A DNA stretch of 37,267 bases, taken from positions 1-37,267 of the IMG/VR virus record IMGVR_UViG_3300048577_000041; one strand, given 5' to 3'. A program made the translations under genes and the position numbers. Shown here piece by piece: positions 1 to 8,820 of this stretch. Below the pieces are notes generated by a model. The model did no database searches. It was not told the origin of the DNA and saw only the letters and a program-made list of their open reading frames with translations. The stretch is from a virus. Lineage: Duplodnaviria; Caudoviricetes. Each line of letters starts with the position of its first letter. The stretch's first letter is position 1.

Positions 1-329
1 TCGGGGACCGTGTCTGGGCCGGTGTCGGGGACGGTGTCCGGGCCGGTGTCTGGGCCGGTGTCGGGGACGGTGTCGGGGACGGTGTCGGGGACGGTGTCCG
101 GGACGGTGTCCGGGCCGGTGCCTGGGCCGGTGTCGGGGACGGTGTCCGGGACGGTGTCTGGGACGGTGTCGGGGCCGGTGTCTGGGCCGGTGCCTGGGCC
201 GGTGTCGGGGACGGTGTCCGGGACGGTGTCTGGGACGGTGTCGGGGCCGGTGTCGGGGACGGTGTCCGGGACGGTGTCTGGGACGGTGTCGGGGCCGGTG
301 TCTGGGCCGGTGTCGGGGACGGTGCCCGG
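1..329 (+). repeat. 12-bp tandem coding repeat GGTGTC(T/C/G)GGG(A/C)C, about 27 units
   Basis: Directly visible. It encodes G-V-[G/R/W]-[D/A] units. Confidence 0.95.
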
Positions 330-1070
330 GAGATCCTTGCCCAGTATCCCGAGCAGATGCATGGGCCGATCCTGGCCGGCCTTCGTCGCGCCGCTCGCGA
401 GGTGTGGAGTTCGTTCCGGGGCGGCAATCTCTGGGCTGGCGACTACGCGTGGATTCAGTGGTTCCGGACTGTCGGTCACCTCGAGCTGGCCGGCGATCTG
501 TGGGACCGGCACGACGCAGATGTGAGGCTCGCGGCGGCCGGCCCGCAGTTCTGGTACCGGGCCGGCGATCGGTGCGTGGTGGCCGTCTCGGATCGTCCGG
601 TGCAGATCAGCCGCGACCCGCTGGGCCGCAGCCACAGCGACACTGGCCCGGCCGCCTCGTGGGCGGACGGCTGGCGATTCAACACCTGGCACGGCACCAC
701 CGTGCCGCCCGACTTCTACGGCTGGGACGTGGCTCGCGCACTGGCCGAGAAGAACTCCGAGGTGCGCCGGTGCGCGATCGAGCGGCTCGGCTGGGACACC
801 GTCACCGACCGGATGCGGCTCGTCGCGACCGCGGACGATCCGGGCAATCCGAGCCAGGTCCTGGCCCTGTACGACCTGGACACGCTGGCCGGCCTGTACG
901 ACGCGGACGCCCGGATCTTGCTCGTCTCCAACGCGTCGCTCGACAAGGGCGGCCACCGGCGCCGGTTCGGCCTGCCGGTCCCCGGTCACCACACAGACCC
1001 GGTCGCCGCGGCCGCCGAACTCTTCAACGTGCCTGCTCACACCTACCGGCAGCTCGCCCGAGCTTGCTGA
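3..1070 (+). CDS. DUF6745-like phage protein with N-terminal tetrapeptide repeats (5' partial)
   Basis: Frame 3 is open from the window start into the 357..1070 ORF. It reads [16 protein letters not shown]...[16 protein letters not shown]. The C-terminal [23 protein letters not shown]...WHG...[16 protein letters not shown] resembles DUF6745. Confidence 0.75.
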   Translation, partial: GDRVWAGVGDGVRAGVWAGVGDGVGDGVGDGVRDGVRAGAWAGVGDGVRDGVWDGVGAGVWAGAWAGVGDGVRDGVWDGVGAGVGDGVRDGVWDGVGAGVWAGVGDGAREILAQYPEQMHGPILAGLRRAAREVWSSFRGGNLWAGDYAWIQWFRTVGHLELAGDLWDRHDADVRLAAAGPQFWYRAGDRCVVAVSDRPVQISRDPLGRSHSDTGPAASWADGWRFNTWHGTTVPPDFYGWDVARALAEKNSEVRRCAIERLGWDTVTDRMRLVATADDPGNPSQVLALYDLDTLAGLYDADARILLVSNASLDKGGHRRRFGLPVPGHHTDPVAAAAELFNVPAHTYRQLARAC

Positions 1071-1092
1071 TCCAACAGGAAGGAAACCCATC

Positions 1093-1494
1093 ATGCAGAC
1101 CAACTCGCAGATCCTCATCGCCCACGGCTACTCAGACTTGGCGGTCGAGTACCCGGAGCTGGAGATCCCCGTGCTGTCGGGGGCGCAGCGGCAGGGCGAT
1201 GTGCTGATCGTGCCGACCCATCTGCGCGAGGGCGGCAAGCCGCTCGGGAAGGGCGTGGAGGTGGTCCGGTCCGAGGCCGGGTCGAACACCCACTGCCTGC
1301 ACGGTGACGGCACCTGGCTGCCGGCGCCGGACGCCGCGACCGCGCTGGTGCAGGGCTACCTGTCCGTGCCGGAGGGCGGTGAGGCGTACCTGATCCACTC
1401 CGAGGAGCACGGGGCGATGGGCATCGGGCCCGGCAGCTACGAGGTTCGCCGGCAGCAGGAATGGGCCGGCGAATGGCGGCGAGTCGCCGACTAG
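1093..1494 (+). CDS. conserved phage hypothetical protein (QGDV...H...HSEEH...RRQQE), usual partner of DUF6745 genes
   Basis: RBS AGGAAGGA, ATG start and a recognisable motif pattern. Confidence 0.75.
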   Translation: MQTNSQILIAHGYSDLAVEYPELEIPVLSGAQRQGDVLIVPTHLREGGKPLGKGVEVVRSEAGSNTHCLHGDGTWLPAPDAATALVQGYLSVPEGGEAYLIHSEEHGAMGIGPGSYEVRRQQEWAGEWRRVAD

Positions 1495-1526
1495 CGCTCG
1501 CAACGCCCGGGGGTGCCGGGCTTCCT

Positions 1527-1570
1527 GGGGTCGGCCCGCCGCTACCGGAGGGGCAGTGCGGGCCGACCCC
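1527..1570 (+). terminator. GC-rich stem-loop, possible terminator or processing site
   Basis: Perfect 13-bp inverted repeat GGGGTCGGCCCGC / GCGGGCCGACCCC in an intergenic gap, with only a weak pyrimidine tail. Confidence 0.5.
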
Positions 1571-1607
1571 CGCTTCTCACATTCGCTCTTTGGAGGAGGT
1601 GTGCGTC

Positions 1608-1799
1608 GTGAGTAGACCTCAGACGCAGCGCTGGTCTCACGACCGGCAGGTAGTGCACATGGAGCCGTCCGCGCGTGGTCTGGGTTTCGCGCTGTGGTGG
1701 GCGGTCCTGATCGTGGTGGCGGCGCTGGTTGGCGTGTCGTGGGGCTGGCTGGCCTCTGGTGGCCTGCTGCGGCTGGCTGAGCGGATCGGGGAGTGGTGA
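1608..1799 (+). CDS. small membrane protein
   Basis: GGAGGAGG RBS before GTG 1608. Hydrophobic stretch FALWWAVLIVVAALVGVSWGWL. Confidence 0.6.
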   Translation: MSRPQTQRWSHDRQVVHMEPSARGLGFALWWAVLIVVAALVGVSWGWLASGGLLRLAERIGEW

Positions 1800-2482
1800 T
1801 GGCCGACCAGATCATCACAGCCGCCGAGCAGTATTCGGGCATCGTCTCCGGACTCGAATTCTTGCGAGCCGGCGCCGCGCTGCAGTGCCAGACCTGCTCT
1901 GATGATCAGGGCGACCCGACGGGCGACTACTGCTGCCAGTGCTGCACCGAGCGCGACAAGGCGCCGGGGACGTACATCACTGTCCGGCTGGATGGTGACC
2001 CGTCGCTGCACGCTGGCCGCGTGACGGTCACCTACGACCGTCCCGACGCCGAGCCTGAGCTCCAGCGGGTGCAGCCCACCTTCGAGGCCACGGTCATGGC
2101 GACGCTTGAGCAGTACGGCATCACCGAGGCGGTCAAGGACGTGGCGTTGGAGCGCATGACCCACGAGTCGCGCGGATGGACCGCCGAGCACGACGCGGAG
2201 CACGGGCCGTGGAATCTCGTGCTGCTAGCCGAAAAACACCTCGTACAGAGTCGTGGAAATACGGCCCCCGTCCGGTCTCACCTCGTCAAGGCCGCGTCCC
2301 TGCTGGTCGCCGCCATCGAACTATTGGACCGGCAGGATGTCTCAGTTCTCGACGCCGAAGTGCGTCGAATGGACGATGACACCCTTCTGCCCGGAGAGGC
2401 CGACGTGGCTGAGCAGGAGGGGTTCGACAGCCCTGCGCTCCGGGCATACGTCGAGCGGCTTGCCGAAGGCGGTGCGCGATGA
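1799..2482 (+). CDS. hypothetical phage protein (N-terminal CxxC...CCxCC)
   Basis: TGATG coupling to the upstream gene and GC3-rich codons. Confidence 0.7.
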   Translation: MADQIITAAEQYSGIVSGLEFLRAGAALQCQTCSDDQGDPTGDYCCQCCTERDKAPGTYITVRLDGDPSLHAGRVTVTYDRPDAEPELQRVQPTFEATVMATLEQYGITEAVKDVALERMTHESRGWTAEHDAEHGPWNLVLLAEKHLVQSRGNTAPVRSHLVKAASLLVAAIELLDRQDVSVLDAEVRRMDDDTLLPGEADVAEQEGFDSPALRAYVERLAEGGAR

Positions 2483-2751
2483 CCCGCCCCATCCTGCGGT
2501 CGGCACCGATCGACGACGGACGCGTGAGTCCTCGCCGCTACACCGCCGCCGAGCATGACGCCGCGAAGCGCCTCGGCCTGTCTGACCGTGAGCATCGCGG
2601 AGCGATCTGGTGGGCGACTGGTCCGTACTGGCGTAACCGACTCGCTCTCGTGGCTGACCGGGCACGGCAGACCATCGCTGACTGTGAGCTGCTGCTGGTC
2701 GCGATGGAGCGCGAGTGGGACGCATTCGACCGTGAGGAGGCCCAGCGATGA
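2479..2751 (+). CDS. hypothetical phage protein
   Basis: ATGA overlaps at both ends. Confidence 0.65.
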   Translation: MTRPILRSAPIDDGRVSPRRYTAAEHDAAKRLGLSDREHRGAIWWATGPYWRNRLALVADRARQTIADCELLLVAMEREWDAFDREEAQR

Positions 2752-2987
2752 GCGCCCGAGTCGTGTTCACCCATGGCTCCATCGCGAAGGTGGTCGTCGC
2801 TGGACGCCGCTACGTCTGCGGTAGTCACCTCAACCCGGAGCGGCACTACATCGAGCCTGGCCAGCAGTACGTCGCCAACGCACTACCACCCCACAACCCC
2901 GAGATCGGCAACGACCGATGGCGGCACCTCATGGTCTGCCTCGACTGCTGTCCCGCGGAGTACGCATGGAAGGAGGCCCAGCGATGA
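2748..2987 (+). CDS. hypothetical Cys/His-containing phage protein
   Basis: AGGAGG RBS and ATGA overlaps. Confidence 0.65.
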   Translation: MSARVVFTHGSIAKVVVAGRRYVCGSHLNPERHYIEPGQQYVANALPPHNPEIGNDRWRHLMVCLDCCPAEYAWKEAQR

Positions 2988-3283
2988 GCGAGCCCCTGAC
3001 CCGCGAGCAGATCATCGAGCAGGCAGCACGGGCGCTAGAGGATGCCCGGGCAGACGCGGACATCGACGGCTACGGAGACGAGGGACAAGGCTACGACTTC
3101 ACGGTCTACGCCTCCGCAGCCCTGCCTATCATCACCCGCGCCATCACCGACCGAGTGCGGACGCTGCACTGGCAGGACGGCTCGACGTGCGGGCTGTGTA
3201 GCGGAATGCGTGGTGTGCCCTACCCCTGCCCGACCGTCTGCGAGTTGGACGCCATCGACGCCGAGATGGGAGTCGGCCGGTGA
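2984..3283 (+). CDS. hypothetical phage protein (LH...CxxC...YPCPT motif)
   Basis: AGGAGG RBS and ATG at 2984. The YPCPT motif is common in actinophage small proteins. Confidence 0.7.
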   Translation: MSEPLTREQIIEQAARALEDARADADIDGYGDEGQGYDFTVYASAALPIITRAITDRVRTLHWQDGSTCGLCSGMRGVPYPCPTVCELDAIDAEMGVGR

Positions 3284-4026
3284 AGCCCTACTACTCCGAC
3301 GACCTGGTGACCCTCTACCACGGGTCGGCGCTGGGCCTCACCGAGTTCCCCCAGGCCGACCTGATCCTGACCGACCCGCCGTACGGTGAGACCAGCCTCG
3401 AATGGGACCGGTGGCCCCAGGACTGGCCGCGCTGCATGGTCGGTCTCGCCCCCGCGATGTGGGTGTTCGGGTCGATGCGGATGTTCCTTGAGCACGCCGA
3501 CGAGTTCAGCGAGTGGCGGCTGTCGCAGGACGTTGTGTGGGAGAAGCACAACGGGTCTAGTTTCCATGCTGACCGGTTCAAGCGGGTCCACGAGCACGTC
3601 CTGCACTGGTATCGGGGCGAGTGGGCCGCCATCTACCACCGGACTCCGACGACTCCGGACGCGACCCCTCGGACGGTGCGCCGGAAGGCGCGGCCGAAGC
3701 ACACCGGACACATCGACGCTTCGAGCTACCAGAGCTTCGACGGCGGCCCTCGGCTCATGCGGTCGGTGCTGTATCAGCCGTCAATGCATAGTGCGGCGGT
3801 CAATGAGACCGAGAAGCCGGTGCCGCTGCTCGAGGTGCTGATCGGCTACGGCTGCCCGCCCGGCGGGACCGTGCTGGACCCATTCGCGGGGTCCGGTTCG
3901 ACAGGTGTGGCTGCGAAGCGCACCGGACACAGGGCGATCCTCTACGAGGTCCGCGAGGAGCAGTGCGAGCAGGCCGCCCGTCGCTTGGCCCAGGACGTCC
4001 TCAACTTCGGCGGAGGTGTCGCATGA
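3280..4026 (+). CDS. DNA N6-adenine/N4-cytosine methyltransferase (beta class)
   Basis: Catalytic TDPPY near the N-terminus, TEKP motif, and SAM-binding VLDPFAGSGST near the C-terminus. Confidence 0.92.
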   Translation: MKPYYSDDLVTLYHGSALGLTEFPQADLILTDPPYGETSLEWDRWPQDWPRCMVGLAPAMWVFGSMRMFLEHADEFSEWRLSQDVVWEKHNGSSFHADRFKRVHEHVLHWYRGEWAAIYHRTPTTPDATPRTVRRKARPKHTGHIDASSYQSFDGGPRLMRSVLYQPSMHSAAVNETEKPVPLLEVLIGYGCPPGGTVLDPFAGSGSTGVAAKRTGHRAILYEVREEQCEQAARRLAQDVLNFGGGVA

Positions 4027-4169
4027 AGCTCACCAAAGCGCAGGCCAAGGCACACGCCGACGCCGAACGCATTCTTCAGCAAGACACCCTCAGCCACGAC
4101 GACAAGCTGTTCGTGCTCGAGCACTGGCGTGAGGACGCCAACCACATCACACCCAAGGAGCACCGATGA
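4023..4169 (+). pseudogene. probable N-terminal remnant of a phage methyltransferase
   Basis: MKLTKAQAKAH..A..IL..D.L..DD..FVLEHW.E.ANHI resembles, from recall, the N-terminus of a phage methyltransferase family. It stops after 48 aa, before any SAM motif. Confidence 0.45.
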
Positions 4170-4465
4170 CCGCCCACCGGGCAACCGCCTACCTGATCGT
4201 CAAGGCTGAGCGGAGCCGCTACGTAAGCGCCGACCGTGAGACCGGACTGCGCCCAGTCGGCGCCGTGAAGATCATCGGCTCGCGCCAGGGCAGGCCGGCG
4301 AAGCTTGAGCGAGACGAGGTGGCGATCAAGGTCACCGTCGAGATCCCGGACGCCGCCTTCCAGCCGTTCTCCCCGTCGGCGCTGGTAGTCGTCCCGACCG
4401 ACCTGGCGTTACCCGGTCCGATCGGGGTCGAGGCCGTCGACGCCAACCCGTCGACGGAGGGCTGA
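4166..4465 (+). CDS. hypothetical phage protein
   Basis: AAGGAG RBS and ATGA overlap. Confidence 0.7.
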   Translation: MTAHRATAYLIVKAERSRYVSADRETGLRPVGAVKIIGSRQGRPAKLERDEVAIKVTVEIPDAAFQPFSPSALVVVPTDLALPGPIGVEAVDANPSTEG

Positions 4466-4468
4466 CCG

Positions 4469-4990
4469 ATGACCGGAAAGTGCCGTCTCGACTTCTGTGA
4501 CCGTGACGCCTACAGCCGCGACCACCTATGCCGTGCCCATGCACACCAGCAGCGCATGGGCGGCCCGCTCAGGCCGATCAAGACTCTGATCCGGGACCGT
4601 GGCTGCGACTTCCCCGACTGCGGCCGGAAGCACAAGGCGCGCGGTCTGTGCGCCTCCCACCTGAACCAGCGGGAGCGGGGTGTGGAGCTGCGGCCGATCC
4701 GGCCGAGGGGACGGTTCCGTGACCCTCAACCCGAGCAGGGTGAGGGTCCGCTGCCTGCGGGTTGGGGACGTGTCGCCCGCCCGAAGACCGTCAAGCGGCC
4801 TGTGAATGATCAGGCTCTGTCGTCTCAGCAGCCGGTGTGCCCTCCGACCGATCCGCGGACGCTGGCGGTGGTGGCGGCGAAGCTGCGCGACTGGGGTGCC
4901 GAGGACTGCGCTGAGGCTTTGGGTGTGACGCCGGATCAGATTCGGGTGGAGGCGGGCCGGTGGCTGATGTGGGAAGGGACGGCCGCCTGA
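4469..4990 (+). CDS. zinc-binding protein with two CxxxxC...LCxxH repeats
   Basis: CRLDFC..HLCRAH and CDFPDC..GLCASH. This motif is usually found N-terminal to phage HNH nucleases, but no HNH core is seen here. Confidence 0.65.
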   Translation: MTGKCRLDFCDRDAYSRDHLCRAHAHQQRMGGPLRPIKTLIRDRGCDFPDCGRKHKARGLCASHLNQRERGVELRPIRPRGRFRDPQPEQGEGPLPAGWGRVARPKTVKRPVNDQALSSQQPVCPPTDPRTLAVVAAKLRDWGAEDCAEALGVTPDQIRVEAGRWLMWEGTAA

Positions 4991-5018
4991 TGCTCACCTA
5001 CGGAGAACAGGTGGCCGC

Positions 5019-5456
5019 ATGAACATCCAGCCCATCGGTCTCGACGTCGCGAACTGGTTCGTCAACTCGTGGCACCGTCACGCGAGGGGCGTGGTCGGTC
5101 ACCTGTTCAGCCTCGGCCTGTTCGACGCCGACCTGACCCTGCATGGCTGTGCGATCGTCGGTCGCCCAGTCGCTCGCCACCTCGACGACGGCTACACGGT
5201 CGAAGTCACCCGGCTGGCCACCGACGGCACCCGCAACGCCTGCTCGCAGCTGTATGGGGCGGCCTGTAGGGAGGCTCGGAGGCGCGGCTACCGCTGGGTG
5301 GTCACCTACACCCGCGACGACGAGACCGGGGCGTCCGTCAAGGCAGCGGGCTTCCGCTGGGGCGGCGTGGTGCGCGGACGCCAGTGGGATACCCCAGGCC
5401 GCCGTCGCCCGCTGCGGAATGTGGTCGACCGTGTCCGCTGGGAGCGTGCCGCATGA
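5019..5456 (+). CDS. XF1762-family / Mom-like GNAT-fold protein
   Basis: HRH...G..FSLG...G.AIVGRPVAR.LDDG.T.EVTRLATDGT.NACS.LYGA...GY..VVTYT...E.GAS.KAAGF is the characteristic family pattern. Confidence 0.8.
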   Translation: MNIQPIGLDVANWFVNSWHRHARGVVGHLFSLGLFDADLTLHGCAIVGRPVARHLDDGYTVEVTRLATDGTRNACSQLYGAACREARRRGYRWVVTYTRDDETGASVKAAGFRWGGVVRGRQWDTPGRRRPLRNVVDRVRWERAA

Positions 5457-5611
5457 GCCGCTACGAGGCGTTCCTCCGCTCCCTGACCGCAGGCGATCCC
5501 GCCTCGGCGCTGGCCATGTGGAGGTCGAAGGACTGGACAGACACCGACCGTAAGCGCGCCGAGCGGCTGCTGCGGACCGCCACCACCGTACGAATCGAGG
5601 TGCTCGGATGA
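5453..5611 (+). CDS. hypothetical protein
   Basis: ATGA overlaps at both ends. Confidence 0.55.
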   Translation: MSRYEAFLRSLTAGDPASALAMWRSKDWTDTDRKRAERLLRTATTVRIEVLG

Positions 5612-6009
5612 GCCCGCAGCGAATCAAGCGCCAGCGCACCAGGGGTTGGCGGACGCCGCCGTGCTCCTGCGGCTGCGGGAAGCCCGCCGTCTACGTCGGG
5701 CGGCCGACCCGTTGGGGGAACCCGTACCGGCCCGTCCGGCTCACCGACGGTACATGGGTGGCCCAGGACGACAACGGCGAGCAGTACCCCGGATACGGGC
5801 CGGTCGGCGACGGCACATGGTCCACCAAGCAGGACGCGCTCCGCGACTGCCTGCGCCTGTTCGTGGAGGTCGAGGTGGGCTACGGCCTGCTGAACCTCCC
5901 GACGCTGCGGGATGCACTCCACGGCCACGACCTCATGTGCTGGTGTCCGGACGGCCAGCCGTGCCATGCCGACGAGTTGCTTGAACTGGCCAACGGAGGT
6001 GTGGCATGA
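5608..6009 (+). CDS. DUF4326 domain protein
   Basis: VYVGRPTRWGNPY...LHGHDLMCWCP...PCHADEL. Confidence 0.9.
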   Translation: MSPQRIKRQRTRGWRTPPCSCGCGKPAVYVGRPTRWGNPYRPVRLTDGTWVAQDDNGEQYPGYGPVGDGTWSTKQDALRDCLRLFVEVEVGYGLLNLPTLRDALHGHDLMCWCPDGQPCHADELLELANGGVA

Positions 6010-6197
6010 CCCGACCGACCACTCCCGACGAGCGCTACCAGGACGAGGACGGCCACTGGTGGACGCGGATGACCGTGAAGCGTGCCTGCAATGGCTGCCA
6101 CCGGTCACTCGGGGACGCAACCGAGCACGAGCTGGACTGCGCGATGGAGGGGCTTCCCCTGCCGGACGTGCGAAGCGAATGCGGGTGCGGATCGTGA
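6006..6197 (+). CDS. small Cys-rich hypothetical protein
   Basis: GGAGG RBS, ATGA overlap, and KRACNGC..LGD..LPDVRSEC. Confidence 0.6.
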   Translation: MTRPTTPDERYQDEDGHWWTRMTVKRACNGCHRSLGDATEHELDCAMEGLPLPDVRSECGCGS

Positions 6198-6370
6198 CCA
6201 CTCTGCCTGTTCCTCTCCCCCACCGGATCACGATCAGCAAGCGCGGTGGCCCCCGGCCGTGGGGTGCCGTCTGCTCCTGCGGACGGTGGGGGTGGCGGTC
6301 CCGCTACCAGCCGATGTGTCTGCGTCAGGGCTTCGCCCACCTGGTCAACCAAGCGAAGAAGGCAGGCTGA
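6194..6370 (+). CDS. small hypothetical protein
   Basis: GTGA overlap and TGATG coupling to the downstream gene. Confidence 0.5.
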   Translation: MTTLPVPLPHRITISKRGGPRPWGAVCSCGRWGWRSRYQPMCLRQGFAHLVNQAKKAG

Positions 6371-7113
6371 TGGCCGACAGACGCTACTACGCGAAGCTCG
6401 ATGTCGGGTACCTCGGGAACCCGAAGATTGCCCCACTGCTGGAGAAGCACCCGCGGGCTGTGCTGCTGCACTCGTGGGGCATTCTCTACTCGAAACAGCA
6501 CGGCACCGACGGTGTGATCCCGTTCCGGCTGGGCATGCGAGAGCTATGGATAGACCGATGCTCCAAGCAATGCGGTATGCAATGCGAGTCGCAATGCGAC
6601 CTCGGAATGCTCGTGCAGAACGGCCTGTTCGAGGTGTTGGACGACGCGCAAGCGGTGGTGCATGACTACCTCGAACACCAAGACTCGTCTGAAACAATCA
6701 AAAAGGCATCTGACAAGGCCAGACGGGCCGCTGAAGCCCGCTGGGACAAGGCCCGCAACGATGCTCCAAGCACTGCACCTAGCACTGCATTGAGCAATGC
6801 AGGTAGCAATGCCAAGGAGAGGAGAGGAGAGGACAACTCTGGGCCGCGTAAGCGCGGCACCCGGATCCCCGACGACTTCGAGGTCACCGACCAGATGCGA
6901 AGATGGGCGGCGGAGAACGCGTCGAACGTCGACCCCGACCGGGAGACTGCCAACTTCGTCGACTTCTGGTCGGGCAAGGCCGGCCAAGCCGCAACCAAGG
7001 TGGACTGGCCGGCCACGTGGCGAAAGTGGATGCGCACCGCGTCCGATCGCACTCCCACATGGAGACGCCCACCCTCCACCCAGCCCGACCCGGACGGGTG
7101 GATGAATGCCTGA
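6370..7113 (+). CDS. phage replication initiator protein
   Basis: ATG at 6370. N-terminal HTH-like region (HDYLEHQ). C-terminal RGTRIPDDF...FVDFW..K......KVDW.ATWRKWMR. Lies upstream of the helicase and carries internal repeats. Confidence 0.8.
   Translation: MADRRYYAKLDVGYLGNPKIAPLLEKHPRAVLLHSWGILYSKQHGTDGVIPFRLGMRELWIDRCSKQCGMQCESQCDLGMLVQNGLFEVLDDAQAVVHDYLEHQDSSETIKKASDKARRAAEARWDKARNDAPSTAPSTALSNAGSNAKERRGEDNSGPRKRGTRIPDDFEVTDQMRRWAAENASNVDPDRETANFVDFWSGKAGQAATKVDWPATWRKWMRTASDRTPTWRRPPSTQPDPDGWMNA
6556..6833. repeat. iteron-like repeats, candidate replication origin
   Basis: GCAATGCG x3 at 12-bp period (6567, 6579, 6591). GCA(C/A)TGC x4 at 12-bp period (6770, 6782, 6794, 6806). Each cluster begins with CGATGCTCCAAGCA, and a purine tract follows. 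Confidence 0.7.
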
Positions 7114-8326
7114 CCTGCTGAACCCCGAGGCGGCCGAGCTGGCGGTGCTCCACGCCGCGTTCACCGATCCCCAGTGGACCCAGGTGCTGAAGCTGCGCGA
7201 ACAGGACTTCTACGATCCAGCCCGCGGCGCGTTGTGGCGGTGCCTGGCCGACATGTCCGTCCGGGAAGTCACCCCCGACCCGGGCACGGTGATCGACCAC
7301 CTCGGCCTGACCGGCCACCGGGCGGGGATCATGTCGCAACTACTGGTCGCGGTCGCCACGGATCCGTCAGTGCCGGCGAACGCCGAAACCCACGCGCTGA
7401 CTGTGGCCGACCGGGCGACCCGCCGGGCGCTGCTGGCCTCCACCGAGGGCGCGAGGCAACGTCTGCACGACCTTTCGGTTCCCGTCGATGCGGCCGTCGC
7501 GTTCGTCGAACAGTCCCTGATCGGTGCAGCGTCTGGCCAGGACCGCGAGGCTGACCAGCTGTGGACCTATGAAGAGTTCGTTCACCAGGAGCTTCCTCCC
7601 GAAGAGTGGGTCATCCCTTCGCTGCTGGCCCGCGAAGACCGGCTGGTGCTGACCGGGACCGAAGGTGCCGGCAAGACCACGCTGCAGCGCACGATCGCGG
7701 TCATGGCCGCTTCCGGCCTGCACCCGTTCACGCTGCAGACGATGGAACCCCGCCGGGTGCTGGTGGTCGACCTGGAGAACCCGAACCGGATCATGGTGAA
7801 GCGGTTCCAAGAGTTGGGGGCGATCGCGGAGCGCCGCGGCCACCACCCGAAGCTGTTGAACATCCGTCGGATGCCGCAGGGCATGGACTTGTCGCGGCCC
7901 GACGAACGGATCCGGCTGCGCTACATGTGCCAGGCGACCCAGCCGGAACTGCTGGTGATCGGACCGGCGTACAAGATGGTCCGCACTCACGCCAACGAGG
8001 GTTTCGAGGAGTCGGTCGCACATATCGCCGAGGCCCTGGACGCGTTGCGTGAGGAGTTCCGGTTCGCGTTGCTGCTCGAGCATCACATTCCGAAGGGTGA
8101 GCAGGGTCGGGATCGTGGCGTGGCGCCGATCGGCTCGTCGTTCTGGCTCCGGTGGCCCGAGTTCGGTGTCGGTCTCAAGCTCGACCCGGATTCCACCTTC
8201 CACGACCGTCGCGCCGAGCTCGTGCACTGGCGGGGCGCCCGCGACGACCGGCCTTGGCCGAAGCACCTCGAGTCGGGTGGGCCCGGCTCTCTTCCCTGGA
8301 TCGACAGACAGTCCCTAGCAGCCTGA
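7106..8326 (+). CDS. replicative helicase (DnaB-like N-terminal domain plus AAA_25/RepA-type ATPase)
   Basis: Walker [23 protein letters not shown] and DnaB-N-like AELAVL...DFYDP. Confidence 0.85.
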   Translation: MPDLLNPEAAELAVLHAAFTDPQWTQVLKLREQDFYDPARGALWRCLADMSVREVTPDPGTVIDHLGLTGHRAGIMSQLLVAVATDPSVPANAETHALTVADRATRRALLASTEGARQRLHDLSVPVDAAVAFVEQSLIGAASGQDREADQLWTYEEFVHQELPPEEWVIPSLLAREDRLVLTGTEGAGKTTLQRTIAVMAASGLHPFTLQTMEPRRVLVVDLENPNRIMVKRFQELGAIAERRGHHPKLLNIRRMPQGMDLSRPDERIRLRYMCQATQPELLVIGPAYKMVRTHANEGFEESVAHIAEALDALREEFRFALLLEHHIPKGEQGRDRGVAPIGSSFWLRWPEFGVGLKLDPDSTFHDRRAELVHWRGARDDRPWPKHLESGGPGSLPWIDRQSLAA

Positions 8327-8336
8327 GGAGGCACAC

Positions 8337-8801
8337 ATGTCCGGAGAGACGATCATCACGGTCTGCGGCAACCTGACCGCAGACCCAGAACTCAGATTCA
8401 CGCCTGCTGGTGCGCCGGTGGCGAACTTCACCGTCGCCTCCACGCCACGCACCTTCGACCGCCAGAGCGGCGAGTGGAAGGACGGCGACGCCATGTTCCT
8501 CAACTGCGCGGTCTGGCGCCAGGCGGCCGAGAACGTGGCCGAATCCCTCACCAAGGGGATGCGGGTCATCGTCCAGGGCCGGTTGCGCTCGCGCAGCTAC
8601 GAGACCCGGGAAGGTGAGAAGCGCACCGTCTTCGAGGTGGAGGTCGAGGAGGTCGGTCCGTCGCTCAGATCGGTGACGGCGAAGGTGGCCAGAGTCCAGT
8701 CCCCGCAGCAGGGGGCGGGCTGGTCGAAGGACTCCCGTGCTGACGCGAACACCGGACGGGACCCGTGGGCGACCGCATCCGACGACACTCCGCCGTTCTG
8801 A
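8337..8801 (+). CDS. ssb: single-stranded DNA-binding protein
   Basis: Actinobacterial SSB sequence [25 protein letters not shown] with a C-terminal DDTPPF. Confidence 0.97.
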   Translation: MSGETIITVCGNLTADPELRFTPAGAPVANFTVASTPRTFDRQSGEWKDGDAMFLNCAVWRQAAENVAESLTKGMRVIVQGRLRSRSYETREGEKRTVFEVEVEEVGPSLRSVTAKVARVQSPQQGAGWSKDSRADANTGRDPWATASDDTPPF

Positions 8802-8820
8802 GTAGGAAGGCGACTAGGCC

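Noticed and set aside
1-329. Tandem repeat as a CRISPR array or guide array for the cas operon
   Set aside because: The 12-bp units are contiguous with no unique spacers, and they lie in frame within a protein-coding gene.
10-525. [14 protein letters not shown]...
   Set aside because: It is an alternative frame of the repeat. Frame 3 is the one continuous with the recognisable downstream domain.
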